A program made the translations under genes and the position numbers. The notes under the pieces were generated by a model. It was given only the letters and a program-made list of their open reading frames with translations, made no database searches and had not been told where the DNA came from. Positions 38,518 through 50,011 of a stretch of 64,000 nucleotides of DNA are shown piece by piece. The DNA is from an uncultured Chloroflexia bacterium (GTDB lineage Bacteria > Chloroflexota > Limnocylindria > Limnocylindrales > CSP1-4): contig CAVVYR010000008.1 of the NCBI GenBank assembly GCA_963752475.1, forward strand, positions 320,001 to 384,000. The letters run 5' to 3'. How positions within the stretch are numbered: position 1 is the stretch's first letter; every line of letters starts with the position of its first letter.

Positions 38518-40164
38518 ATGAGGTGGCTCATCCCGCTTGGGCTGTACGTCTTGGCCCTGGGCATCCGGCTCATCGCCGCCAGCGAGATCGCCTTCCCTGT
38601 CGCCGAACCGAGTGCCTACTACGTAGGCGTCGCACAGAACCTGGTGAGCGGCCACGGCCTCGTCAGTGATGCGGTCTGGAGCTACGCCACGCCTCGGCTG
38701 CAGGTGCCTGATCCGGCCTTCGACCTGTGGCTGCCGATGAGCACGTTCGTCTCGGCCGGCGCCATGGCTGTCCTGGGCGGCACCTTCTGGGCCGCACAGG
38801 TCGGCGGCGCGTTGCTGGGTGCGTTCGTGGCGCCCTTGGCTTGGGCCATCGGTCGCGAGGCTGCCAACGCGCAGGGACTCCGTGCCCGACGCGGTCGCGC
38901 GGTGGCCGTCACCTCCGGGCTGTTGGCAGCCGTGCTCAGTCCACTCGTGCTGGGCTCCGTCGTGCCCGACTCCTACATCCCATTCACCGTCTTCGTGCTG
39001 CTGGGTGCGCTCCTGGTGCCGCGCGTCATCGGAGCACGAGACGGCCACGACGACGTCATGCCGCCGAGTATCGTCGCCGCTCTCGGGCTGGGCCTCGCCA
39101 TGGGCCTGGCCTACCTCTCCCGTCAGGAGGTCATCTGGCTCGGGCTGGCGGTATTGCTGATGCAGGGCATGGTCCTGAAGTGGCGTCCCACGGGCGCTCG
39201 CCTGCGGGAGGCAACACAGCGACTCTGGCCGGTCTTCGTCGGTGGGCTGCTGGTGGTCGTGCCATGGCTGGCCCGCAACTGGGTCGAGTTGGGTTCGCCG
39301 CTGCCGGGGCAGGTAGTCGACAACATGGTCCTCGTCAGGAACGAGGACATCTTTGCCTTCGCCGAGCACCCCAGCTTCTCGACCTATCTGGCGCAGGGTG
39401 CCGGTACGGTGCTCATGAACCCTATCGAGGCAGCGCTCGACGGCATCATCAACGTCATCGTGTTGCCGCCCTTCCCGGTAGGCGTCGCCGGGATCATCGC
39501 GCTCATGGGCATGTGGCGAGCACCGTTCCTGCGGCGCCCGACGGCTCTCATGGCCGTGCTCATCAGTGGCGTCCTGACCTTCCTGACCACGGTCCTGCTG
39601 TTCCCGGTGGCGACGCTGTGGGGCACCTTCATGCATGCCTCGGGGCCACTGCTCGTCGGGCTCGCGGTCATCGCCGCGGTCGGAGGCGACGCACTACTGG
39701 CGCGCATCTCGGCCATCCGCGAGTGGGAGAAGCCGAACATCATCGTAGCCCCCATCGCGCTGGTTTCGACAGCCTTGCTCATGACGGCCTTCCAGATCAC
39801 CGTCCTTGGGCCACAGTCCAGAGATGACCAGGCTCGACTGCAGGCCGTAGCGGCATCGCTGGAGGACGCCTTGGGCAGGGACCATGAGCCGCGCACGTTC
39901 ATCACCGACCATCCGATGTGGCTGGCCGAAGTCACGGACGACTACGCCATCGTCCTGCCTGATGAGGATCTCGCGTCGGTGCGAGATCTGGCTTCGGTCT
40001 TCCAGGCTCCGCACGTCGTGGTCATCGACCGACACGGGCGATATCCAGAGGCGCTGCTGGCCGACGAAGCGCGCTCGTGCCTGGCGGCCGATCCGACCCT
40101 CCTCGAGACACCGGGGCCGGATGTCTGGCTGTTCGAGCTGGCACCGGATTGTCAGATCCCATGA
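38518..40164 (+). CDS. GT-C fold membrane glycosyltransferase (GT39/GT83-like)
   Basis: AYYVGVAQNLVSGHG, LAYLSRQE, PWLARNW...GSP; many TM helices. Confidence 0.7.
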   Translation: MRWLIPLGLYVLALGIRLIAASEIAFPVAEPSAYYVGVAQNLVSGHGLVSDAVWSYATPRLQVPDPAFDLWLPMSTFVSAGAMAVLGGTFWAAQVGGALLGAFVAPLAWAIGREAANAQGLRARRGRAVAVTSGLLAAVLSPLVLGSVVPDSYIPFTVFVLLGALLVPRVIGARDGHDDVMPPSIVAALGLGLAMGLAYLSRQEVIWLGLAVLLMQGMVLKWRPTGARLREATQRLWPVFVGGLLVVVPWLARNWVELGSPLPGQVVDNMVLVRNEDIFAFAEHPSFSTYLAQGAGTVLMNPIEAALDGIINVIVLPPFPVGVAGIIALMGMWRAPFLRRPTALMAVLISGVLTFLTTVLLFPVATLWGTFMHASGPLLVGLAVIAAVGGDALLARISAIREWEKPNIIVAPIALVSTALLMTAFQITVLGPQSRDDQARLQAVAASLEDALGRDHEPRTFITDHPMWLAEVTDDYAIVLPDEDLASVRDLASVFQAPHVVVIDRHGRYPEALLADEARSCLAADPTLLETPGPDVWLFELAPDCQIP

Positions 40165-40303
40165 GCGCGCGACCGGGTGCGACCAGCCACAGCGCCTATA
40201 CTCCGAGCCACAGGGACGGCGCCATGTCGCGCGTATGGCGACAGCAAGTATCAACAGGCCCGACGCTACGGCTCGAGCCTCACTCCAGGGAGAGGAGCGT
40301 GGA

Positions 40304-41050
40304 ATGACTCCGGGCGAGTACACAGGACCTGAACGACGCCGTGGTGGCCCCGACCGGCGAGAGCCGGGCGCACGGGTCAAGATCCTGCTCGTCGATGATC
40401 ACGCCCTCTTCCGCGTGGGCATGCGACAGATCCTCGACGCGGAGACCGACTTCGACGTCGTGGCTGAAGCCGACGATTCACGCAGCGCCATCGACGCTGC
40501 CGGGGCCCATACGCCGGACATCGTGCTGCTGGACCTCTCGCTGCCGGCGCCGGGTGGCATCGAGACCACGCAGCGCGTGAAGCGGGAGGTGCCCAGTGCG
40601 GGCATCATCGCCCTGGCCACCACCGAGGACGAGGACATGCTCTTCGAGGCCATCAAGGCTGGCGCGGCCGCGTTCCTGCTCAAGGACATCGGCCCCGAGG
40701 ACCTCGTCACCATCATCCGCCGCGTCAACGCTGGCGAGTACCTCATCAACGACAAGGTCTTCGCTCGCCCGTCGGTCGCCAACCGCGTGCTCAAGGAGTT
40801 CCGCGAGCTCGCGGTGTACGGCCAGGAGGCCGCACCCATCTTCGCTCCGCTCTCCCCGCGTGAAGTGGAGATCCTCGACAACATCGCCAAGGGCATGACC
40901 AACAAGCAGGTCGCCTACGCGCTGTCCATCAGCGAGCAGACGGTCAAGAACCACATGAGCTCCATCCTCCGAAAGCTCTCTGTGAATGACCGCACGCAGG
41001 CGGTGGTCTACGCCATGAAGCAGGGCTGGATCAGGATCCCCGAGGATTGA
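40304..41050 (+). CDS. NarL/DegU-type response regulator with an Arg-rich N-terminal extension
   Basis: ILLVDDH, VLLDLSLP, FLLKD, LSPREVEIL...GMTNKQVA...TVKNHMSSIL; GAGGAG RBS. Confidence 0.92.
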   Translation: MTPGEYTGPERRRGGPDRREPGARVKILLVDDHALFRVGMRQILDAETDFDVVAEADDSRSAIDAAGAHTPDIVLLDLSLPAPGGIETTQRVKREVPSAGIIALATTEDEDMLFEAIKAGAAAFLLKDIGPEDLVTIIRRVNAGEYLINDKVFARPSVANRVLKEFRELAVYGQEAAPIFAPLSPREVEILDNIAKGMTNKQVAYALSISEQTVKNHMSSILRKLSVNDRTQAVVYAMKQGWIRIPED

Positions 41051-42357
41051 GCGCCCCGGAGCCACCGCGCGCTCCAGGTCCTCAGCCGGCGCGGCACGGC
41101 CAATCGTCGGCGCCTGCGCCGTCCGGCGCGCCGCTCCAGCCAGGCATGCCGCCACCCCCAGGTCAGCCGCGAGGTGCTTCGCTGCCTGGCGCCGCCCCGT
41201 CGCAGGCCAGCCTCTTTGCGCTGCGCAAGGAGATCGAAGAGGACATCTCCCGCATCGAAGGTGAGAACAGCGAGATCGACCTGCTCATGGAGCAGGTCTA
41301 CGCCGAGATCGAGCGCTTCGAGGGCCGTCGCGCCAAGGTGGAGTCTCAGCTTGCAGCTCTCGAAGCCGCTGCCGCACCAGATCCCCAGGGACTGGCCGAG
41401 GCGCGGGACGGTCTGCTGGCGCTGACACGCCGCGAGATGCTCTTCGACGCGCAGCGCCAGGTGCTCGAAGGCAAGCAGCGCATCCAGGCCCGCTTCCTCC
41501 AGCGTCTCGTGGAGATCGACAACAGCCTCGCAGCCATGGGCGGTGGCCCTACCCGTCCGGCGCCCGTGGCATCCGCTGGGCTACGCCCGCTAGCGACGGC
41601 CGCGGGTGGCAGCGGCGCGCCGGGCATGAATCAGCCTGCCACGGTCATGCGGGGCGAAGAGGAGCTGCGCAAGGAGATCGTGCGTGAGTTGCACGACGGC
41701 CCGGCGCAGTCCATCGCCAACATCGGGATGCAGGCAGAGATCGTGGAACGCCTCGTCCAGAAGGAGGATGCCCGCGCCCTCGAGGAAGTCGAGTCGCTGC
41801 GGCAGATGGTGCAGGCGGCGCTGGCAACGACCAAGGACTTCATCTTCGAGATCCGACCGATGGTCCTTGATGACCTCGGGCTGGGCCCGACGGTTCGTCG
41901 CTTCGCCACCGACCGCGGGCAGCGATCCGGCATCAACATCGAATTCGACTCTCACGGCATCGAGGAGCGCGTGGACAGCGACGTCGAGAGCGCCCTGTAT
42001 CGATGCATCGTCGAAGCCATCGCCGGCTACATCGAGCTGCAGCCACCGTCGGTGCTGGTGCGGCTGGACTGGGGCGAGCACGAGCTCGTGTCCACCGTCG
42101 AAGGCACCTGGCCGCGCGTCGATCCCGAAGGTCAGGTCGAGGCTTCCTCGCGCTCGGTGGAGACCCCGCCGGCGCTGCTGGCGATGATGGAGGAGCACCG
42201 CTCAGCCGAGCACGAGGCCGGCCTTGCGCAACGAGCGCTGCCTGCGGCGCTGGTGGACGTCATCGGTCAGCGCGCCCGCGCGCTGGGTCTGAACATGACG
42301 ATGCGTGACGACGGACAGATCATGGAGCTGGTCGCACCCATCCGGCGCCAAGGCTGA
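41047..42357 (+). CDS. DegS-like cytoplasmic HisKA_3 protein with a degenerate ATPase domain
   Basis: Coiled-coil N-terminus; RELHDGPAQS; FEIRPMVLDDLGL; N box and DxGxG box not recognisable. Confidence 0.75.
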   Translation: MSAPEPPRAPGPQPARHGQSSAPAPSGAPLQPGMPPPPGQPRGASLPGAAPSQASLFALRKEIEEDISRIEGENSEIDLLMEQVYAEIERFEGRRAKVESQLAALEAAAAPDPQGLAEARDGLLALTRREMLFDAQRQVLEGKQRIQARFLQRLVEIDNSLAAMGGGPTRPAPVASAGLRPLATAAGGSGAPGMNQPATVMRGEEELRKEIVRELHDGPAQSIANIGMQAEIVERLVQKEDARALEEVESLRQMVQAALATTKDFIFEIRPMVLDDLGLGPTVRRFATDRGQRSGINIEFDSHGIEERVDSDVESALYRCIVEAIAGYIELQPPSVLVRLDWGEHELVSTVEGTWPRVDPEGQVEASSRSVETPPALLAMMEEHRSAEHEAGLAQRALPAALVDVIGQRARALGLNMTMRDDGQIMELVAPIRRQG

Positions 42358-42484
42358 CCCGGGGGGCAGCTGGGTCCGAGGTCCGGGGTCCCACGACCCA
42401 GCCGGGCTATTCGCAGCGACTCCTCTCGGCCCTAGGTTTCGAGGCGTCAAGACCAAGCCTGACCAAGGCCAACCTGGAGGCGTC

Positions 42485-42652
42485 ATGATCCTGTCCATCC
42501 TCAACAGCCTGTCCCACGACGACGAGCGTGGCCAGGGCCTCGCCGAGTACGCGCTGATCCTGGCGCTCATCGCCATCATCGCGATCGCCGCCCTCATCTT
42601 CCTTGGTGGCGAGATCTCCGGCATCCTCAACGAGATCGGCAACAGCATCTAG
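42485..42652 (+). CDS. flp: Flp family type IVb pilin
   Basis: DDERG/QGLAEYALILALIAI; GGAGG RBS. Confidence 0.93.
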   Translation: MILSILNSLSHDDERGQGLAEYALILALIAIIAIAALIFLGGEISGILNEIGNSI

Positions 42653-42766
42653 ACGAACACTCGCCGGTCGACGGAGGCCGTTGACCGCGCGCACGTCGAG
42701 CCCTGGTACCGACGGCCAGCCTGCCGCTTCGCCGGTGATCGGCCACCAGGACCCGTCGCCGACTGT

Positions 42767-42803
42767 GACGACGCCGACCCACGACGGGTCGGCGTCGTTT
42801 CTT
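42767..42803 (+). terminator. Intrinsic terminator after flp
   Basis: GACGACGCCGACCC-ACGAC-GGGTCGGCGTCGTT followed by TCTT. Confidence 0.75.
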
Positions 42804-42843
42804 CGTTGTGAGACCCCGCTCGGCCGAGGCCCAGGCGTGAGCC

Positions 42844-43767
42844 TCAGGCCTGGTCGCTGAAGTGCGGCCAGAGCGTGAGGTCGAGGTCCGGCACCAGCGC
42901 CCGCAGGCGCTCGACTTCAGGCGCGTAGTAGTGCTTCAACAGCTCGATGTGCTCGGGCGGCACGCCGACCTTTTCGAGCTTGGACTTGTTGCGGGGTCGA
43001 GCCAACTCCTCTGCCGACAGTGGATGAGGCTCGAGACCGAGGTACTCATGCGTCCGCGCGAGCTGCCCGGCGGGGTCGGCGGCGCAGGCCTCGTACTGCA
43101 GGACCAGCAGGTGGTCGGCCGCGTACTGCTGTAGCAGCCACTCGATCTGGGTGGCGTAGAGTCCCCGCTCGATGGCGTCGGTCACGACCCGCACGCGATC
43201 GCCGAAGACGCGTGACTGGCCCGCTGCGTCCTCCTCGTCGAGGAGCCCGCCCCGATCCTGATGGCTGAGGCCGGAGATGTAGCGCTCGACGGGATCACGC
43301 AGGAGCACGATGGCCCTGGCCTCCGGCGCGGCCAACTTGGCCATCGGTGGCACCCAGGCGCAGTTCATGTACTCCGGCGTCTTTTCACCCACCAGCTTCC
43401 CCTCGGGACGAGGGAAGTAGCGGTGGTACTGCGCGATCTGCTCATCGGTCGGCCATTCCGCCCAGAGGCGATCGAAGAAGTGCAGCTCGGGACGCTGATT
43501 GGCCGGCTGCACCACGCCCGGGTGCTGCTCGATGAGCCGGAACCACCAGGTCGTGCCCGACTTCTGCGCGCCGAAGATGACGAAGTCGGGAGCTCCGGTC
43601 GTCCAGCCCTCGGGACAGGACGGATGCTCGGGCAACTTCTCGAAGACCTTGCGTCGCTGGCGGACGCTGGCCTTGTCCATGGGCTTGGGCTGGGGTGCCG
43701 GGGGCTGGTAAAGGCCCAGTCGCCTGCGCAGTCTGCGCAGTCGGATCTGGCGCATACGGAACCTCAA
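42844..43767 (-). CDS. PAPS-dependent sulfotransferase
   Basis: 5'-PSB IFGAQKSGTT, ELHFFD, GEKTPEY, 3'-PB LLRDPVERYIS. Confidence 0.87.
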   Translation of the reverse strand: MRFRMRQIRLRRLRRRLGLYQPPAPQPKPMDKASVRQRRKVFEKLPEHPSCPEGWTTGAPDFVIFGAQKSGTTWWFRLIEQHPGVVQPANQRPELHFFDRLWAEWPTDEQIAQYHRYFPRPEGKLVGEKTPEYMNCAWVPPMAKLAAPEARAIVLLRDPVERYISGLSHQDRGGLLDEEDAAGQSRVFGDRVRVVTDAIERGLYATQIEWLLQQYAADHLLVLQYEACAADPAGQLARTHEYLGLEPHPLSAEELARPRNKSKLEKVGVPPEHIELLKHYYAPEVERLRALVPDLDLTLWPHFSDQA

Positions 43768-44063
43768 GGTCGTGGTGGGGATGTGGCACGAATCATAGCC
43801 GTCACCGCCATCGCGAGGCGCACGTGGCTCCTATACCCGATAGCACCATAGTCATATCGAAGACGCGGGAAGGGGTGCCTAGGATTCCGGTGACACTTGT
43901 CACATCAGTCGAGGTCCTGCTCTTTGTCGACGATTCCTGCCAGGCACGTGCACGTACCACTCCGGACTACAGCCAATCGTCCTACTGGCATTAGGCCTGC
44001 CCGACGTCTACCCTTGAGCACCCGAGATGGCCGCCTGCCTTCTACGGCCCTGAGGAACCGAGC

Positions 44064-45290
44064 GTGAGTGAACAGATCCGAGTCGTCATCGTCGACGACA
44101 TCGCAGAGACCCGAGAGCACCTGACCAAGCTGCTCTCCTTCGAATCCGATATCGAAGTCGTTGGCGCGGCTTCGTCTGGCGAGGAAGCCGTCGACCTGAC
44201 GGGCAAGCTGCAGCCAGACATCCTGCTCATGGATATCAACATGCCGGGCATGGATGGCATCGCCACCACCGAGCGCATCTCGGCCACCTTCCCTATGACC
44301 TCGATCATCATGATGAGCGTCCAGGGCGAGGCCGACTACCTCCGCCGGTCGATGCTCGCGGGCGCACGCGAGTTCCTGGTCAAGCCCTTCAGCTCCGACG
44401 AGCTGACGGCTTCCATCCGGCAGGTCCACGTGCGTGAGAAGCAGAAGCGTGGCCGCATGGTCGTGCCCTCACAGGACGGTGGCGGCGACGCAGCCAAGAA
44501 GCAGGGCAAGGTCGTCACGCTCTTCGCCCCCAAGGGCGGTGTCGGGCGCACCACGCTGGCGGTGAACCTGGCCGTGGCCATGGCCGGTGAACAGCGTCAG
44601 TCCGTGACGCTGATGGACGGTTCGTTCCAGTTCGGCGACGTGGGCGTGCTGCTCAACCTGAACCCCAAGAACAAGTCGATCATCGATGTCGTGGCTGACC
44701 CGGGAAGCACCGACGAGGACCTCGTCGACACCACGCTCATCAATCACAGCACCGGCATCAAGGTCCTGCTCGCGCCACCCAGCCCGGAGATGGCTGAGCT
44801 CATCACGGTCGACCAGATCCGCCGCATGATGGGTCGGCTGCGCGAGACCAACGACTTCACGGTCGTCGACCTGTGGCCGCACTTCAATGACGTCTCGCTG
44901 GCGCTGCTGGACATGTCGGATGTGATCCTCACGGTCCTCACCCTCGAGATCACCAACATCAAGAACGTACGACTCTTCCTCGAGGTCGCAGAGCAGCTGG
45001 GCTACGGCGATCGCCTCAAGCTCGTGCTCAACCGCGCCGACTCGGCTTTCGGTATCCGTGTGGCGGACGTCGAGAACTCGGTCGGTCGCAAGATCGACCA
45101 CCAGGTCGTCTCCGACGGTCGCACCGTGGTCTACGCCCTCAACCGCGGCGTCCCGTTCGTGTGGAGCAACAGCCAGGCTCCCGTGAGCGAGGACATCCTC
45201 AAGATCTCACGAGCACTCGTCCAGGGTGACGGCTCCCCCGAAGGCGAATCCGAGAAGGAGCCGGCACGCAAACTCTTCGGGCGGCGGTGA
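44064..45290 (+). CDS. cpaE: Tad pilus assembly protein CpaE/TadZ (receiver plus MinD-like domain)
   Basis: VIVDD...LLMDINMP receiver; PKGGVGRTT, QFGDV. Confidence 0.9.
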   Translation: MSEQIRVVIVDDIAETREHLTKLLSFESDIEVVGAASSGEEAVDLTGKLQPDILLMDINMPGMDGIATTERISATFPMTSIIMMSVQGEADYLRRSMLAGAREFLVKPFSSDELTASIRQVHVREKQKRGRMVVPSQDGGGDAAKKQGKVVTLFAPKGGVGRTTLAVNLAVAMAGEQRQSVTLMDGSFQFGDVGVLLNLNPKNKSIIDVVADPGSTDEDLVDTTLINHSTGIKVLLAPPSPEMAELITVDQIRRMMGRLRETNDFTVVDLWPHFNDVSLALLDMSDVILTVLTLEITNIKNVRLFLEVAEQLGYGDRLKLVLNRADSAFGIRVADVENSVGRKIDHQVVSDGRTVVYALNRGVPFVWSNSQAPVSEDILKISRALVQGDGSPEGESEKEPARKLFGRR

Positions 45291-45324
45291 AGTCGTCATG
45301 GATCCTCGCTAGGGAGATGCCGAT

Positions 45325-46794
<1,470 letters not shown>

Positions 46795-46803
46795 GAGTAC
46801 GTC

Positions 46804-47820
46804 ATGGATCCTGCCGTCCTTGTCGCTCTCATGGCCGCCGCCGCGGTCCTGTTGATGTTCTTCGGCCTCTTCGGGGGTCGCCGCACCTCGCCCACGGACC
46901 GTATCGAGCAGGTCGCCGTCGCGGCGGCCGATGCGCGCAACCGCGACGGTGGCGGGTCCAACCAGCGATCGCTTCGCTCGCGCCTGTTCGGTGGCCGCGC
47001 GGCATCAGCCGCCGACCGTGCCGTCGAGCAGCGAGACTGGGGTGCCAACATGGCCCGCGAGCTGGCTCGCGCCGACCTGCAGCTACGCCCGTCGGAATAC
47101 CTCGCCATCCGCGTCGGCGCCGTCATCGGCGCGCCGCTCGTGGTCTACCTTCTGGGCGCCAGCATCCTGCCTACGCTTGCCAACCCGGTGGCCTACCTCG
47201 TGGCAGTCATCCTCGGCTGGTGGGTCCCGCGCTTCTACGTCGGCCGGCGCAAGAGCCGCCGCCTGAACGCCTTCAACGACCACCTCGCCGACACCATCAC
47301 GCTCATCGCCAACGCCCTCCGCGCCGGTGCCTCGTTCCTGCAGGCCATCGAGCTGGTGGTGCGCGAGACGCAGCCGCCCATCTCCACCGAGTTCAATCGC
47401 GTCATCCGCGAGGTCAACCTGGGCCTGCCCTTCGAGCAGGCGCTGGCCAACATGGTCCGGCGCGTGCGTTCCGAAGACCTCGAGCTGATGGCCACCGCCA
47501 TCACCATCCAGCACCAGGTCGGCGGCAACCTCGCCGAGATCCTTGACTCCATCGCCTTCACCATCCGTGAGCGGATCCGCATCAAGGGTGAGATCCGGAC
47601 CCTGACGGCCCAGCAGCGGATGTCTGGCTACGTCGTAGCCGGCCTGCCCATCTTCCTGGTCGTCATCCTCTCGCTCATCGCGCCCACGTTCATGGAGCCG
47701 ATGTTCGGGCCGCCCGAGATCCTGGGTATCCCGCTGGGTGTCATCATCCTCGCCATGGGCGGCATCATGATGCTCATCGGCTTCCTGGCCATCCGCCGCA
47801 TCGTCGACATCGAGGTCTAG
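46804..47820 (+). CDS. tadB: Tad pilus membrane protein TadB
   Basis: T2SSF domain ALRAGASF...GGNLAEILD. Confidence 0.9.
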   Translation: MDPAVLVALMAAAAVLLMFFGLFGGRRTSPTDRIEQVAVAAADARNRDGGGSNQRSLRSRLFGGRAASAADRAVEQRDWGANMARELARADLQLRPSEYLAIRVGAVIGAPLVVYLLGASILPTLANPVAYLVAVILGWWVPRFYVGRRKSRRLNAFNDHLADTITLIANALRAGASFLQAIELVVRETQPPISTEFNRVIREVNLGLPFEQALANMVRRVRSEDLELMATAITIQHQVGGNLAEILDSIAFTIRERIRIKGEIRTLTAQQRMSGYVVAGLPIFLVVILSLIAPTFMEPMFGPPEILGIPLGVIILAMGGIMMLIGFLAIRRIVDIEV

Positions 47821-47823
47821 CCC

Positions 47824-48744
47824 ATGGGTCTGCCACTCCTCATGGCGCTGCTGGCTGCCGGCGGCGTACTGCTCATCGTCTGGGCCCTGCTGGGGGCTCG
47901 CACCAACGATCCCGTCCAGGCTCGCCTGACGCAGCTGGGCACCCTCGAAGGCGTCACCAGCCTGGAGGAGATCGAGCTGCAGCAGCCGCTCATGGACCGC
48001 ACGCTGCGTCCGATGATGCGGCGCCTCTCGGGCATCGGCACCCGGCTCACGTCTCGTGAGCGCGTGGGTCGCTACGAGCAACAGCTGGCCGAGGCCGGCT
48101 ACCCGTACGGCCTGCGCACGATCGACTTCCTGGGCCTGAAGGTCGTCGCGGCCATCGTGTTCAGTGGTCTCTTCTTCCTGCTCTTCGGCGTGGCCATGGG
48201 CAACTCGGCCGCCTCGAGCTTCATCTTCACGCTCATCGCGCTGGCCGTCGGCTTCTTCTTCCCGGACTACTGGCTGATCACGCGCATCCGCGCCCGCCAG
48301 AAGGCCATCCTGCTGGCCATCCCGGACACGCTCGACCTGCTCACCATCTCGGTCAAGGCCGGCCTCGGCTTCGATGCCGCCCTGGGCAAGGTCATCGAGA
48401 AGTCCGAGGGTCCCTTGACCGATGAGTTCCGCCGCGCTCTCGCCGAAGTCCGCATCGGCAAGCCGCGCCGCGATGCGCTCAAGGAGATGGTGGCCCGCAC
48501 CAACGTGCCGGCCCTGACCAACTTCATCGGCGCCATCGTCCAGGCCGAGCAGTTGGGTGTGGCCATCGCCAACGTGCTCGAAGTGCAGTCCGAGCAGCTG
48601 CGCATCGAGCGCCGTCAGCGCGCCGAGGAGATGGCTGCCAAGGCGCCCATCAAGATGCTCTTCCCGCTCGTCGGCTGCATCTTCCCGTCGATGTTCATCG
48701 TCATCCTCGGACCGGCCCTCATCCTCATCGTCAACAACCTCTAG
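47824..48744 (+). CDS. tadC: Tad pilus membrane protein TadC
   Basis: PDTLDLL...AGLGFDAAL, RQRAEEMAAKAPIKMLFPL. Confidence 0.9.
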   Translation: MGLPLLMALLAAGGVLLIVWALLGARTNDPVQARLTQLGTLEGVTSLEEIELQQPLMDRTLRPMMRRLSGIGTRLTSRERVGRYEQQLAEAGYPYGLRTIDFLGLKVVAAIVFSGLFFLLFGVAMGNSAASSFIFTLIALAVGFFFPDYWLITRIRARQKAILLAIPDTLDLLTISVKAGLGFDAALGKVIEKSEGPLTDEFRRALAEVRIGKPRRDALKEMVARTNVPALTNFIGAIVQAEQLGVAIANVLEVQSEQLRIERRQRAEEMAAKAPIKMLFPLVGCIFPSMFIVILGPALILIVNNL

Positions 48745-48762
48745 GGCATCCGCCACAGCACC

Positions 48763-49167
48763 ATGGCCGAGGGACGCTTGCGCCTGCGACGCGAGGGTGA
48801 TGACGCCATCATCTGCCACCACCTGGTCCTGGGCGAGTCGTTCATGCAGCGCTTTCGCGGGCTCATGGGCCGAGCCTCGATGCCCGAGGGCGAAGGCCTG
48901 TACCTGCCGGCGAACAGCATCCACATGATGTTCATGCGCTTCCCCATCGATGCGCTCTTCGTGTCCGAGGCTGACACTGACGGGCGTCGCTCGGTGGTGA
49001 GCCTGCGCTCGGACCTGCCCACCTGGCGCGGGATCGTGATGCCGGTGCGTGGTGCCGAAGGCGTGGTCGAGATGCCCGCCGGCACGCTGGAGAACCACGG
49101 CCTGGCCGAGGGTGACACGGTGGTCTTCGAAAGGGCGGAACGAGCACCGGACCAGGCCCCAGCCTAG
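48763..49167 (+). CDS. DUF192 family protein
   Basis: RFRGLMGR, IHMMFMRFPID, VVEMPAG. Confidence 0.85.
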   Translation: MAEGRLRLRREGDDAIICHHLVLGESFMQRFRGLMGRASMPEGEGLYLPANSIHMMFMRFPIDALFVSEADTDGRRSVVSLRSDLPTWRGIVMPVRGAEGVVEMPAGTLENHGLAEGDTVVFERAERAPDQAPA

Positions 49168-49246
49168 GTAGCCGGCCAGGCCCCAGCCAAGTCGCCGGAC
49201 GATCACAGCCAAGTCGATCGCGACCCGTGTCTGTCAACGTACGTAC

Positions 49247-49900
49247 GTGCGTGCCCTGCTCGATCTCCTACTGCCGCCGACGTGTCCCGGCTGTGGGTTG
49301 GAGGGTGCCCTGCTCTGCGACGACTGTGCGGCACCCTTGCGTCGGCGGGCCGACGAGCCTCCCGGCCTGCCCCTGGGCATGCCCGCGGCCATACCGCCCG
49401 GCCTGCTCCAGTTGGAGTGGTGCGCGATGTACAGCGGACCGGTGAGGGCCGCGCTCCACGCCCTCAAGTACCGGGGCCAGCGCCGCCTGGCCGACCCCCT
49501 GGCGTCGGCCTTGGCCGAGCGTTGGCGACGAGCAGGGCGCGGTGGCGACGTGGTCACGTGGGTACCGGTCCATCCGTCGCGGCGCCGCGAACGAGGCTTC
49601 GACCAGGCGGAGGAACTGGCACGACGGATGGCGGCCGAGCTCGGTCTCGCGGTCGCTCCCCTCCTCGAGCGCCGACAGCGGACGACCGCGCAGCACGCGC
49701 TGGGACAGGCAGAGCGGGCCTCGAACACCACGACCGCCTTCGGGCCCAGTCCCGTGCTCCGAGCCGCGTACGGTAACGCCTGGGCTGTTCTGGTGGACGA
49801 CATCCTCACCACCGGCGCGACGCTGGAGGGCTGCGCTGCGGCCCTCCTCGATGGCGGGGCCGGCGGCGTCTCGGCCGTGACCGTCGCCCGCGATCGCTGA
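49247..49900 (+). CDS. comF: ComF family protein (zinc ribbon plus PRTase)
   Basis: CPGC...CDDC, LKYRG, RGFDQA, LVDDILTTGAT. Confidence 0.9.
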   Translation: MRALLDLLLPPTCPGCGLEGALLCDDCAAPLRRRADEPPGLPLGMPAAIPPGLLQLEWCAMYSGPVRAALHALKYRGQRRLADPLASALAERWRRAGRGGDVVTWVPVHPSRRRERGFDQAEELARRMAAELGLAVAPLLERRQRTTAQHALGQAERASNTTTAFGPSPVLRAAYGNAWAVLVDDILTTGATLEGCAAALLDGGAGGVSAVTVARDR

Positions 49901-50011
49901 GCGTGGTGCGCTGGGGCCATCGGTCCCGCTTCGTAGCGTCGTCCGGACGCGGCGAGCGAGGTCGACGACGCCTATCATCGGTACTCCAATCGGATAGCGG
50001 AGGTGCCGTCG

